Virus record (IMG/VR): IMGVR_UViG_3300023170_004399
Location: 205,599 to 269,598 of that record
DNA length: 64,000 nucleotides
DNA from: a virus
Lineage: Duplodnaviria; Caudoviricetes
Strand: one strand, 5' to 3'
Shown here: in pieces, positions 29,094 to 38,585 of the stretch
Layout: the number at the start of each line of letters is the position of its first letter
How positions within the stretch are numbered: position 1 is the stretch's first letter
The notes under the pieces: generated by a model
Database searches by the model: none
What the model was told of the DNA's origin: nothing
Seen by the model: the letters and a program-made list of their open reading frames with translations, nothing else
Program-made: the position numbers and the translations under genes

Positions 29094-29750
29094 TTACCAC
29101 CATGTGAATTTACTTTTTCCGCCAGTTAGATTAGGGTATCTGCCAATACGACAAGCCCAATAACCGGCCGTAGTTTTATCTTTTTTCTCTGGGCATCGAT
29201 GTCTTGCTGAAAAGCTTTTTCTTCTTTTAGGGTCTTTCAATCCAACACTCATGCCTTTTGCGCCAAAAGAAACTTTTTTAATATTCTTTGTTTTAGGGTC
29301 GCGAACATAAACATAAAACTTCTTAGATCCACCACGAGCTGGTTTGTTCAGTGTAACTTTTCTGCCTTGATAATAAGAACCAGATTTTTTCTTAGTTTTA
29401 CTTTTAGACTTTCTTTTCTTTCGTCTTTTTTTGCGAGCTTCATCTAATACATAATCATATTCTATTGGCCAATCAAGTGGTACTAACTCACCGTTATAAT
29501 AATCAAATTTGCCTATATCAGTTTCTAATAGATAGTATTGCTCATCAGCATCTGCATTATACAGACCTTCTTTAAGATATATACGAGCTTCAAAAAATAA
29601 ATCAAAAAACTGTTTTGAATCTGGTCTAAATATATTTTTTGAAAGTGGTATTCCTTTCTCAATGTGGTATTTAAAACCTGATGAAATATTTTCACTGAGA
29701 AGGTTTTTATTTTTATTGCATCGATTGATGTATTCTAATAGTAAATTCAT
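29094..29750 (-). CDS. Basic protein with leader and C-terminal KKFYVYV..KKVSFG..RRKSFSARHRC..AGYWAC module
   Basis: LLSE-N leader, internal VLDE-A, K/R-rich linker. Confidence 0.65.
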   Translation of the reverse strand: MNLLLEYINRCNKNKNLLSENISSGFKYHIEKGIPLSKNIFRPDSKQFFDLFFEARIYLKEGLYNADADEQYYLLETDIGKFDYYNGELVPLDWPIEYDYVLDEARKKRRKKRKSKSKTKKKSGSYYQGRKVTLNKPARGGSKKFYVYVRDPKTKNIKKVSFGAKGMSVGLKDPKRRKSFSARHRCPEKKDKTTAGYWACRIGRYPNLTGGKSKFTWW

Positions 29751-30619
29751 TTTTTACTCTTTCCGATTATTGTTTCTATTGATTTAATAATGCCACTAGT
29801 GATAATGTTAACAATTTTATAAAAATTATTTAGATTAAAATTTTGTTTATCTTCATATTGGTGCCCATGGCGATAGTGAGGATGCTCTCGGTCAATTCCG
29901 TTTAAAACAATTTTTTTTCTAAAGTACTTTCCGTGATATCTATCCATGTAATGATCACCAACTATATTAACAGTTGCATTAATATTGTTTCTAGCCAATT
30001 CATTAATGATGTAGTTTTTATATTCTTCATTCAAACCTGTTTCATATGTTCTATCACGACGGTCTTGCCTCTCACCGGTGACGGGATGTAAATAATATGT
30101 TTTTATAGTTGGTATGCCAAATGCTAGGCCGGCTAACACTCGGCGGTGCGGATCTCTTTTATCAACTTCAGATAGTGTATATATATTAGTGTTTTTTATG
30201 TCAATTTTATATACGAGATATGGCTGGGCGTTTTTTGAATCTCCCGGCCAATATTGATTGTGAGTAATAGAAAACCTACCTATTTTTTCATCATTCTCTA
30301 AGATAGTATCACCTAACTCAGCGCAGTAATTATTTAATACGCCTATGATTTTGCTTCTTGCACCTTCCGACATACCCTTCATCGCGTTCGCATTGCCATC
30401 TGCACCAGTAAAAATTGGTCTTAGATTTACTAAATAATCAGGATCATCTTCTAATGTTGTTAATAAATTTTCGAACTGATGATATACCTCTACAGATGGG
30501 TCTTTTAAATGACGTTGTATCTTTAAGACATTAAGAAAAGCCTGGTCTTTTTCCTCCTGAGTTTTTTCAGATTCTAAAATTAATTTCTGTATATATTTTG
30601 TTAACAAATTGTTATTCAT
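29747..30619 (-). CDS. Hypothetical protein with leader
   Basis: LLTKYIQKLILE-S leader. Confidence 0.6.
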   Translation of the reverse strand: MNNNLLTKYIQKLILESEKTQEEKDQAFLNVLKIQRHLKDPSVEVYHQFENLLTTLEDDPDYLVNLRPIFTGADGNANAMKGMSEGARSKIIGVLNNYCAELGDTILENDEKIGRFSITHNQYWPGDSKNAQPYLVYKIDIKNTNIYTLSEVDKRDPHRRVLAGLAFGIPTIKTYYLHPVTGERQDRRDRTYETGLNEEYKNYIINELARNNINATVNIVGDHYMDRYHGKYFRKKIVLNGIDREHPHYRHGHQYEDKQNFNLNNFYKIVNIITSGIIKSIETIIGKSKK

Positions 30620-30626
30620 TTTTTAC

Positions 30627-30664
30627 CTGTAAAATTTGCAAAAGTTTTATATAATAATTATATT
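30627..30664 (+). promoter_or_regulatory. Conserved early promoter (uvsE), divergent from minus-strand block
   Basis: CTGTAAAAT-TTGCAA-N17-TATATT. Confidence 0.75.
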
Positions 30665-30690
30665 ATATATACTAAACTCAAGGAGAAAAT

Positions 30691-31602
30691 ATGTCTATTC
30701 GTTTCGGTTACGCTTGCATTAACCTACATTTATCTGAAACAAAGAAACTTACACCTGGTGGAACGTGTCGTAAAGCGACATGGCAATCAAAAGGTTTGCC
30801 ACACGTGGGTGAAATATTTGAACGCAATATTAACGCAATGTATGAAATACTGCAGTGGAATGCTAATAATGGGTTTAATGTATATCGTATGACTTCAAAT
30901 ATGGCACCATGGTCATCAGAATATAATCTTTCTGATTTACCTAATGCAGAACGTTGCTTCGCTTTATTAAAGCAATGTGGCGATTTTGCAAAACAAACAA
31001 ACCAAAGATTATCATTTCATCCTGGTCAGTTTGTGGTCTTAGCATCAAAGAATGAAAAGGTTATAAAAAACTCTATCAAAGAATTAGAAACACATGGTGA
31101 AATCATGGATTTATTGGGCGTACCAAGAAACCATTATGGTAAAATCAATATTCATGTGGGTGGTGCTTATGGTGACAAAAAAGCAACAGCTGACAGGTTC
31201 TTACAAAATTTTGCAAAGCTAAGTGATGCTGTTAAACCAAGATTAACTGTTGAGAATGATGACAGAGTAAGTTTGTTCAGCACAAAAGAATTACATGAAA
31301 TGATATATGAAAAATCTGGTATACCTATAGTGTTTGATTATCATCATCACGTCTGTCACCCTGATGGTTTGACAGAACAACAAGCGCTTGAATTAGGGCT
31401 TAGTACATGGGATAATGTAAGACCAACAACCCACTATTCTGAAAGTGCACAAGTAGAAGGTAAAAAAGCTCCTTTCCGTGCACATTCAGAATACGTGTAT
31501 TCATTTATTAACGATTATGGTAATGACTTCGATTGTGTCATTGAAGCAAAAGCTAAAGAGCAAGCAGTCATCAAATATTTAAAGGAGCATGGTAATGCGT
31601 AG
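30691..31602 (+). CDS. uvsE: UV-damage endonuclease
   Basis: RFGYACIN, YRMTS, LSFHPGQFVVL, INIHVGG, LTVENDD, VFDYHHH, HYSES, EAKAKE. Confidence 0.93.
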   Translation: MSIRFGYACINLHLSETKKLTPGGTCRKATWQSKGLPHVGEIFERNINAMYEILQWNANNGFNVYRMTSNMAPWSSEYNLSDLPNAERCFALLKQCGDFAKQTNQRLSFHPGQFVVLASKNEKVIKNSIKELETHGEIMDLLGVPRNHYGKINIHVGGAYGDKKATADRFLQNFAKLSDAVKPRLTVENDDRVSLFSTKELHEMIYEKSGIPIVFDYHHHVCHPDGLTEQQALELGLSTWDNVRPTTHYSESAQVEGKKAPFRAHSEYVYSFINDYGNDFDCVIEAKAKEQAVIKYLKEHGNA

Positions 31603-32608
31603 TGTGCATGAAAGTTATGGAGCACTTAAATACACATGTGAAAAAGATATAAAAGTTTTGAAAGAAAAATGTGTAAAATCAAATCTACCACATGCAGCAA
31701 AGTTTGTTGATATGTGTTTGAAAAATACTTACAAACTTATTCCTAAACGTGTGAGAAGACAGAACAGTCTTTCAAACAGTGGAAAGAAAAAACATAGGCC
31801 TTTGCGTAATAGAGCACATGGTATATATAAGGAAATGGCAGCTTGTCTAAATGTGCTTCATATAGTTCTGAACAAAAATGATAACGATATTTTTTTTGGT
31901 TTTAAAAATAATATAGATCCTCATTTTAAAATTTTAAACTCATTGTTTAAAAGTCTTAAATATTGTTTTACAAACCGGTTAAGATCTGAAATGGGCATTA
32001 TCCAGTTTTATATTCGGAATAAATTTTTTGACAGTTATGTAAATGATAATCAACAGTTTCTAGAAATATTTAATCTAAGAGTAAAAAAGTTTCAGAGACA
32101 AGGCAAAAAATACTCAATGGACGAACATGTTTTTAAGAAGTTAGTAGCTAGTCATGATGCTTACTTAAGTTACATACACACACATCATTTAGAGTTTGAA
32201 ATGGAAGCGTATGTAAAATTAAAAGATTACAAGCTAATGTCAAAAGAATATTTTAAACTTTACCATGTTGCTAGTATAATACATAACTACATAACTGGTC
32301 TAAGAAATCACGTGTTGCCTGAAGAGATAGACACTTTTATAAAACTTATGAACAGAAGAAGATTAGAATTAATTAGTATTAATCAAAAAACTCCGATCGG
32401 CACATTAGTAAAGTTAAAAGAAGGTTATATAGGCTGCTATTATGATGAAGATGAAGATCCTACTACTGTGGGAATTACACTGAGCAAAATATTTGGTGAT
32501 AGCAATTATCTTAATAGTGGAATGGTAGTAGAAGTATTGTGTAATAAAAAAGTAGAAATATTTAGAATAAAACATTTGGAAGTCATTAATGAGACCAATA
32601 AACAATAA
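31589..32608 (+). CDS. Hypothetical protein with C-terminal SH3-like domain
   Basis: PIGTLVKL..GIT..VEVL..LEVINE at C-terminus. Confidence 0.55.
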   Translation: MVMRSVHESYGALKYTCEKDIKVLKEKCVKSNLPHAAKFVDMCLKNTYKLIPKRVRRQNSLSNSGKKKHRPLRNRAHGIYKEMAACLNVLHIVLNKNDNDIFFGFKNNIDPHFKILNSLFKSLKYCFTNRLRSEMGIIQFYIRNKFFDSYVNDNQQFLEIFNLRVKKFQRQGKKYSMDEHVFKKLVASHDAYLSYIHTHHLEFEMEAYVKLKDYKLMSKEYFKLYHVASIIHNYITGLRNHVLPEEIDTFIKLMNRRRLELISINQKTPIGTLVKLKEGYIGCYYDEDEDPTTVGITLSKIFGDSNYLNSGMVVEVLCNKKVEIFRIKHLEVINETNKQ

Positions 32609-32846
32609 CAACACAGAAAATTTTGATAAGTCAACTAATGTCGGTAAACTAGCTAGATATTATATTTATAATAAAGATGGTTTTATTGAAGGCGTAAGTC
32701 ATGGAATTATCACTGAATTTAAATACTTAATGTACGGAGATAAATATTTATATTATTACACGATTATATCAGGAGGTTCTGCACCAATAACACTTGATGT
32801 TGATGATGTTGAAATTATCGAAGATGAAAATAGGGACTTTGGTTAA
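32589..32846 (+). CDS. Small SH3-like protein
   Basis: NVGKLARY..GIITEF..VEIIE. Confidence 0.5.
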   Translation: MRPINNNNTENFDKSTNVGKLARYYIYNKDGFIEGVSHGIITEFKYLMYGDKYLYYYTIISGGSAPITLDVDDVEIIEDENRDFG

Positions 32847-33018
32847 ATTTATTGAAGAAGAAACTAGACAAGAAATGGTTGGGATTATTGTCTCAAAACC
32901 TTATGAAAAATCATTTTCGTTTGACCCTAAACATGTAAGTATATACATTGCTGTTGATGTACAGTGTCATGACAAGTGTTATCAGGTACCCATATCAGAT
33001 CTAAAGAAGGTTACTTGA
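32824..33018 (+). CDS. Small SH3-like protein (MKIGTLV)
   Basis: MKIGTLVKF..GIIVSK..ISDLKKV. Confidence 0.6.
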   Translation: MKIGTLVKFIEEETRQEMVGIIVSKPYEKSFSFDPKHVSIYIAVDVQCHDKCYQVPISDLKKVT

Positions 33019-33323
33019 CGTATAATAAATATCTCTACGTTATCCAGTCCGATGTGACTGGTGCTGTAAAAATAGGAATATCAACAGACCCACAAAAAAG
33101 ACTAAAACAATTACAAACCGGTTCACCTTATAAGCTCAAACTTCTGTGTAGCATTGCTAACATGTCACACAGAGAAAAAATAATTCACAATAAACTAAAG
33201 GATTATAAGATGAGCTGTAAAGGTGAATGGTTTGATTTTTCTTGCACCGCAAGCTTACCGACATGGATTACTGAAGCGATCGATTGGAATGTAGCTAATA
33301 CTTGGTGGGAAAAAAATAAATAA
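33015..33323 (+). CDS. GIY-YIG (T5orf172-like) nuclease domain protein
   Basis: YLYVIQ, VKIGIS, KRLKQLQTGSP, EKIIH, GEWF; TTG start in TTGA overlap. Confidence 0.8.
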   Translation: MTYNKYLYVIQSDVTGAVKIGISTDPQKRLKQLQTGSPYKLKLLCSIANMSHREKIIHNKLKDYKMSCKGEWFDFSCTASLPTWITEAIDWNVANTWWEKNK

Positions 33324-33386
33324 ATTTTTTATACAAATTAAATTAGCGTATAGAATTTAATTACTAATTAACTAACCGGAGTACTT

Positions 33387-33848
33387 ATGAAAGAAAAATT
33401 GTGGGATCCACCTAATTTGTATAATTGGGAAGCACCATTAATTCAAGAACGTTATTTTCCTGATAGATGGAAAATGTTAGTCTGCTGTATATTGTTAAAT
33501 TTAACTAACATAAAACAAGTAAGACCAATGATAGATGATTTATTTAAATTAGCTCCTGATCCTTTATCAATGATAGAAGCTGATGAAGATACATTGATCA
33601 AATTGTTAAAGCCTTTAGGATTAGCTGAAAAAAGATGTAAAACTCTAAAAAAGTTTTCAGCTCAGTTTCTTAATTCTAATTGGTCTAAAGCAAAAGATTT
33701 GTATGGCATAGGGAAATATGGAGATGATTCTGATCAGATATTTTATTTAGGTAATTGGAGGTCTGTTGTACCCAAAGATGGCGCATTAATTAGATATCTA
33801 GAATATTTAGTGAAACATTATGATCAAGAACAATATAATATGAAATGA
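33387..33848 (+). CDS. MBD4-like HhH-GPD DNA glycosylase
   Basis: WKMLVCCILLNLT, LKPLGL, R..LKKFS..L, LYGIGKYGDDS.IF. Confidence 0.8.
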   Translation: MKEKLWDPPNLYNWEAPLIQERYFPDRWKMLVCCILLNLTNIKQVRPMIDDLFKLAPDPLSMIEADEDTLIKLLKPLGLAEKRCKTLKKFSAQFLNSNWSKAKDLYGIGKYGDDSDQIFYLGNWRSVVPKDGALIRYLEYLVKHYDQEQYNMK

Positions 33849-33908
33849 TCAGAGGCTTTTGTGCTAGCGTCGAGGGGGTGATTTTTTACGCTGGTGCCTC
33901 TGATTTTA
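33848..33908 (+). other. Long bulged intergenic stem-loop (terminator or structured RNA)
   Basis: ATCAGAGGC/GCCTCTGAT 9-bp stem plus GCTAGCGT/ACGCTGGT 8-bp stem with 2 G-U pairs, followed by T-rich tract. Confidence 0.55.
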
Positions 33909-33943
33909 TTAAAACAAGATATAATTAAAATAAGGAGAAAATT

Positions 33944-34582
33944 ATGACAAGTTATGCATTAGTTGCTGGTGCTTTTAAGCCACCACATTTGGGCCATGTA
34001 GCAATGGTTAACCATTATTTAAAATACGCGGATGAGGTAAAGGTTATTATTTCTGACCCTAAATCTGAAAAAACTCAAAGATATATTGGGTCTAAAGCAA
34101 TTACAGCTCAAGATTCTAAAGCATGCTGGGACCTAATGTTAGACAGTAAATACGTTACGGTGGTTGTTTCTAATTTGCCATCGCCAGTGTCTGTTGTATA
34201 TGATTCTGTGATGCCTGATACTACTCCATTTGTTGCGGGTGACGAGGTATATGTTGGTGTATCATCGAAAGGTAACGATGCGAAAAGATATGCTAGAATA
34301 CAAGGAAAAGCCGCTAGTGGTGTTATTGTAAAAGACCCAGTAAAATATGCTTCTCCAGCTGTTAGACTTCCGGAAGCATTTGCAAAGCTAGTAAAAAAAT
34401 GTCCATATTATGCAAATATACCTTCAATAAAGAAAGGCATTGACATTATGGAATATAGTGCAAGTGACTTGAGATTTTTTATAGAAATATCAGACAAGTG
34501 TGCTATAGCTAAAAAATGCATTGGCTTTTATGTTGGGAAAAGTAATGTAGAAAAATATATTCAAATATTAAAAGGAGCATAA
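33944..34582 (+). CDS. Cytidylyltransferase-like nucleotidyltransferase
   Basis: LVAGAFKPPHLGH (HxGH). Confidence 0.75.
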   Translation: MTSYALVAGAFKPPHLGHVAMVNHYLKYADEVKVIISDPKSEKTQRYIGSKAITAQDSKACWDLMLDSKYVTVVVSNLPSPVSVVYDSVMPDTTPFVAGDEVYVGVSSKGNDAKRYARIQGKAASGVIVKDPVKYASPAVRLPEAFAKLVKKCPYYANIPSIKKGIDIMEYSASDLRFFIEISDKCAIAKKCIGFYVGKSNVEKYIQILKGA

Positions 34583-34583
34583 G

Positions 34584-35528
34584 ATGAGTAATATGAAATT
34601 AATAATGGAAAGCTGGAGAAAATTTCTTCTTAGAGAACAACAAGACTTTAAAGTCTTGTCTGTTGAAGAATATGACAATTTGTCAAAAGAACAACAGTTA
34701 GAATATTTAAAATCTATAAAATTTGGTAATATGAAAAACGCATCGGGCAATAAATTTGCTAAAGTTTTCTCCGGAGGCTATATAACTCTTAAACCTGATG
34801 GACTATCTAATCTTGCAAGAACTAAACATAAATTTACAAGGCAGGAATACGAAGAAGTTAGAAGACCACGTTTAAAAGGCCCTAAAGGAGAAGTCCAAGT
34901 AGCTCTTGGATTTCGGAAGCCTTTACCAGGTCAATCAAAGATACCATCTTGGTTGCCATGGCTCAAAAAAATATTAGCAGGATCGGATCCAAAAAACATC
35001 GATGCAACAGGAACGTTAATAAAAAAAGAATGGAAAAAGCATGCTGACATGTCTTTTTTTAACCAGTGGGTCTGGGTACATGGGTTTCAAAAACCAGAAT
35101 ATCTTCGTGCTTTTATAGAAGGAAATGTTGTTGAACCAGAAGATGAAGTATCTGTTATTGGGTACCCAAAATCCGGTGTAGTTGATCGTACGTGGGGTGA
35201 TGTTGGAATTATTGTAGAAGGTGATTTGGTCTATGCTTTCGGTGGCGACGGGCAAACTGATAATTTCGCAGGGAAAAAAAGAGGAGAAGGGGTAAAAGAC
35301 GTAAAATTTACAGGGAAACCTGAATTATTGATAACAAATCAAGAGAATTTTTCTCATTACGGTCGAGAGTCAATGCATGAAGCTATTATAGATAACTGGT
35401 CTATTAAAGGTTTTGTCATGACTGAATATAGTTGGAATTCTTTGCCAGATGTGTACAAACAATTAATAATAAAATTTTCGGATAGATACCCGGTTTATGA
35501 TAAAGACTTTAAAGAGATAAAGGTATAA
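34584..35528 (+). CDS. Putative ADP-ribosyltransferase-fold protein with leader (paralog 2)
   Basis: ESWRKFLLRE leader; WVHG / EVSV / GIIVEG..YAFGGD / HEAIIDNW. Confidence 0.5.
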   Translation: MSNMKLIMESWRKFLLREQQDFKVLSVEEYDNLSKEQQLEYLKSIKFGNMKNASGNKFAKVFSGGYITLKPDGLSNLARTKHKFTRQEYEEVRRPRLKGPKGEVQVALGFRKPLPGQSKIPSWLPWLKKILAGSDPKNIDATGTLIKKEWKKHADMSFFNQWVWVHGFQKPEYLRAFIEGNVVEPEDEVSVIGYPKSGVVDRTWGDVGIIVEGDLVYAFGGDGQTDNFAGKKRGEGVKDVKFTGKPELLITNQENFSHYGRESMHEAIIDNWSIKGFVMTEYSWNSLPDVYKQLIIKFSDRYPVYDKDFKEIKV

Positions 35529-35552
35529 GTAAAAATAAAATGGAGAAGTTAA

Positions 35553-36449
35553 ATGTTTGTTTGTTTGTTAAGTTGTACACAAGATGTAAGTATAATAAAA
35601 AGATATGATGATACGCCCTATGATAGTGCTGTAGTTACAGATACACTAGATCCATGGGTTGAACCATCTGAACCTGGAAATACGGCATCACCCACATCAG
35701 AACCTAGTTCGGGTGATTTAAGTAAAACTGTAGGATTTGCAGAATTACATTTTGCTCAAATAGCTTGTCCTGCATGCGTTGGTGTTTCTAGTGAGTTTGA
35801 TATATCAGCTAATCTCAAATTACATCAACCAACCAGTGGTGATTATACAGAATGGCTAACACCAGTAGGCACATGTAGTGGTCAATTAATTGAAAGTTAT
35901 GTATCATCTACGCCATTAGCCGCTACACAAAGCGCTACTTTTAATGATATAGTTTTAGATCCGGCTGGACCCGGCGAATGGCTGGAAGAAAACATATATG
36001 AGTTTCAAGTACCAAGAAGAACGATGCTTTCTATCACAACACAGCATGGATCAGCGCCAAATGCTTTTAAAACTCTAGAAGGGTTTGATAGTATAGAACC
36101 TTATACGTTGTTATGGGTAGATCCATCTTATGCATTCGAAGCTCTTATATCAAAAAATTATCCAACACAATTTAGTTGGTACCCATCTGTATCTGGTGAA
36201 ATGTTTGAAATAATGGTAGCTGTATATTCCCCAGATGGTTCTCAACTTTTAGGTGTGGTCTCATGTATGGAATATGACACTGGCTCTATGTCGATACCTA
36301 ATTCTTATTTTCAGTCATACCCATATTGGTCATTAGCGGCTGTGTATTTAAGTAGACACAGTGTGCAGAAAGCTGAAGCACCTGAATTAGGTGGTATTAT
36401 TGAATCACATCAAACATGGACTGTAATTGGTACAGGGCACGTAGAATGA
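35553..36449 (+). CDS. Putative lipoprotein/secreted beta-rich protein
   Basis: Very short signal with LLSC lipobox, EPSEP/SEPSS linker, CPAC. Confidence 0.55.
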   Translation: MFVCLLSCTQDVSIIKRYDDTPYDSAVVTDTLDPWVEPSEPGNTASPTSEPSSGDLSKTVGFAELHFAQIACPACVGVSSEFDISANLKLHQPTSGDYTEWLTPVGTCSGQLIESYVSSTPLAATQSATFNDIVLDPAGPGEWLEENIYEFQVPRRTMLSITTQHGSAPNAFKTLEGFDSIEPYTLLWVDPSYAFEALISKNYPTQFSWYPSVSGEMFEIMVAVYSPDGSQLLGVVSCMEYDTGSMSIPNSYFQSYPYWSLAAVYLSRHSVQKAEAPELGGIIESHQTWTVIGTGHVE

Positions 36450-36634
36450 AATTTAATCATTTAAAAGAAAAGCAAACAAATTATAAAAAACATTTTATAC
36501 AAGCAATGTACTATTGTTATAATATTTTATTAGCTGCAATATATGTCTTTATTCATGCATTCTACCCGGACATATATACGGATGCAGCAAGTTCCAAACT
36601 TAAAAAAATACTCACTGAAATGGAGAAAAAATGA
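36446..36634 (+). CDS. Small membrane protein (HL..Y.KHF..A..IHAF.P..AS family)
   Basis: Motif pattern; ATGA overlap. Confidence 0.55.
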   Translation: MKFNHLKEKQTNYKKHFIQAMYYCYNILLAAIYVFIHAFYPDIYTDAASSKLKKILTEMEKK

Positions 36635-36834
36635 ATGTTGGTGATTTAGTTAAATTAAATTTAGGTAGCCCATCCGGTCTAGGCCCTGCCATGCAGGATG
36701 AATGGGGTTTTGGACTAGTAATTGGATTTGTTGAATCTAATATGCCAAACCATCTTCCATGGGTTAAGGTATACTGGGGCGCTTTAAATCATACTTCAAA
36801 AGGACCCACATCGTATTACAAGGTAATAAAATAA
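36631..36834 (+). CDS. Small SH3-like protein (MNVGDLV)
   Basis: MNVGDLVKL..GLVIG..VKVYW. Confidence 0.6.
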   Translation: MNVGDLVKLNLGSPSGLGPAMQDEWGFGLVIGFVESNMPNHLPWVKVYWGALNHTSKGPTSYYKVIK

Positions 36835-36891
36835 AAACTTTTTTAGCTGGTGTTAGCACCGTACTATATTTGCAATAATTGGAGGAAGTAA

Positions 36892-37470
36892 ATGAAAAAA
36901 TATGACATAATACTTGCGGATCCGCCGTGGCCGTATAATTCTAGAAGAATGGCACAAAACAATGGAACACATATTGCTGGTATTGAAGATGAATATGCGA
37001 CAATGTCGATGGAAGAAATGTGTTCTCTTCCAATCGGAAATGTAATGGCGAAAAATTGTGTTTTGTATCTTTGGGCGACAGGGCCTAAAATGCCTGAAGC
37101 GTTTCAATTAATGAAAGCTTGGGGCTTTAAGTATTCGACTATGGCATTTGTATGGGATAAACGAATCCCAAATCCCGGGTGGTATTCCTGTTCCCAAGTG
37201 GAGTATGTGTTGGTCGGGAAGAAAGGAAAGTGTCCTAAGAGAGCAAAGACAAATACTATGCAGTTTTTATCAGAAGCTAGGACAAAACACTCAAAAAAAC
37301 CTGAGGCTATTCAAGATCGTATCGATGAACATTGGGTTGACTGTGAGAAGCTTGAGTTATTTGCAAGAAGATATCGTCCGGGGTGGGACTGCCTCGGTCT
37401 AGAATTGAATGGTACTATCCAAGATTTTCTTGCAGGAGTTCCTATGCCCTTAAGGAAGGTTATAAAATGA
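36892..37470 (+). CDS. MT-A70 family adenine methyltransferase
   Basis: YDIILADPPW, LYLWAT, WGFKY.T..FVWDK, HSKKPE, ELFAR. Confidence 0.9.
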   Translation: MKKYDIILADPPWPYNSRRMAQNNGTHIAGIEDEYATMSMEEMCSLPIGNVMAKNCVLYLWATGPKMPEAFQLMKAWGFKYSTMAFVWDKRIPNPGWYSCSQVEYVLVGKKGKCPKRAKTNTMQFLSEARTKHSKKPEAIQDRIDEHWVDCEKLELFARRYRPGWDCLGLELNGTIQDFLAGVPMPLRKVIK

Positions 37471-37808
37471 AAACTTTTTTAGCGGGTGCTATTTTTGCAA
37501 TTGCTCAAACCTTGGCATGGTTCCAGTCAAATTCTGGCATTATTGGCGGATGGATGGCACAAAATTATATATATGTTGCTTTATTATTTGGCCCAATTGT
37601 CTCAGTTATGTTTGCTGTTGCAACTAAGATGATGTATGAACAAGGTGTCACTCTGTGGTCTATACGTTTTTTAACTTTCGGATTAGGTTATTTAGTGTTT
37701 ATACCTTTGACTTGGCATTTTTTAGGTGAAGAAATTATAACAGTTAAAAATGTGCTTTCATTTTTTCTTTGTTTATCTTTGATATCAGTACAATTTTTTT
37801 TAAAATAG
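37467..37808 (+). CDS. Small 4-TM membrane protein (DMT/SMR-like)
   Basis: Four hydrophobic helices ending FLGEEI..L..SLISVQFF. Confidence 0.6.
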   Translation: MKTFLAGAIFAIAQTLAWFQSNSGIIGGWMAQNYIYVALLFGPIVSVMFAVATKMMYEQGVTLWSIRFLTFGLGYLVFIPLTWHFLGEEIITVKNVLSFFLCLSLISVQFFLK

Positions 37809-37815
37809 GTTTAAA

Positions 37816-38418
37816 ATGAGCAAATCAATGAGAATAATCGGATCAACTGCACATGGCGCTGAAGAAAGACAAGTTAGAGATTATTACGCAACAGATCCTC
37901 AAGCACTGTTTGATTTATTTTCAGCAGTAAAAAAAGATGAGGGAAACTCTTTTTGGAAAGGCAACAATATTTGGGAGCCTGCATGCGGAGATGGAAATTT
38001 ATCAAACGCGATGAGAGAATTAGGATATACAGTACATGAAACAGATATTCATGATTATGGTACCGGTCACAAAGTATTGGACTTTCTAGAATATGACAAG
38101 CCTGACGAGTGGAAAGGAAACATAGTTACTAATCCACCATATAATATTGGTAAAAAATTTATTGAAAAGGCATTAGAGAGTATTGGTGAAGGGTATAAGG
38201 CGGCATTTTTAATGCGTATTCAATTCCTAGAAAGCAAAGGTCGCCACGAGTTTTTCAAGAAATTTCCACCAAAATTTGTTTACGTGTTTTCTTCCCGTAT
38301 CCGTATCTTTAAAAATAATGATCAGGTTAAATATAGTGGTGGTCAGCCGCTGTGTTATGCATGGTTAATTTGGGAAAAAGGATTTGAAGGTGACACAACA
38401 CTCAGATGGATTAAGTAA
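37816..38418 (+). CDS. N6-adenine DNA methyltransferase
   Basis: YYATD, IWEPACGDG, TDI, DFL, IVTNPPY. Confidence 0.85.
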   Translation: MSKSMRIIGSTAHGAEERQVRDYYATDPQALFDLFSAVKKDEGNSFWKGNNIWEPACGDGNLSNAMRELGYTVHETDIHDYGTGHKVLDFLEYDKPDEWKGNIVTNPPYNIGKKFIEKALESIGEGYKAAFLMRIQFLESKGRHEFFKKFPPKFVYVFSSRIRIFKNNDQVKYSGGQPLCYAWLIWEKGFEGDTTLRWIK

Positions 38419-38426
38419 GGTGAATA

Positions 38427-38585
38427 ATGAAAGTAGGTGATTTAGTACAAATGTGGGATGAGCAAAGTTATGGAATTATAATAAGTCCTGCATATTGCAA
38501 CACCCGGTGGCATGTCCTTCTACAGTCCGGAAATATAGTTGAAAAACCTGAAATTTTAATGGAGTTAGTCAGTGAAGGCAGGTGA
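38427..38585 (+). CDS. 52-aa SH3-like protein (MKVGDLV; not in ORF track)
   Basis: MKVGDLVQMWDEQSYGIII..WHVLL..MELVSE; AAGGTG RBS. Confidence 0.65.
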   Translation: MKVGDLVQMWDEQSYGIIISPAYCNTRWHVLLQSGNIVEKPEILMELVSEGR

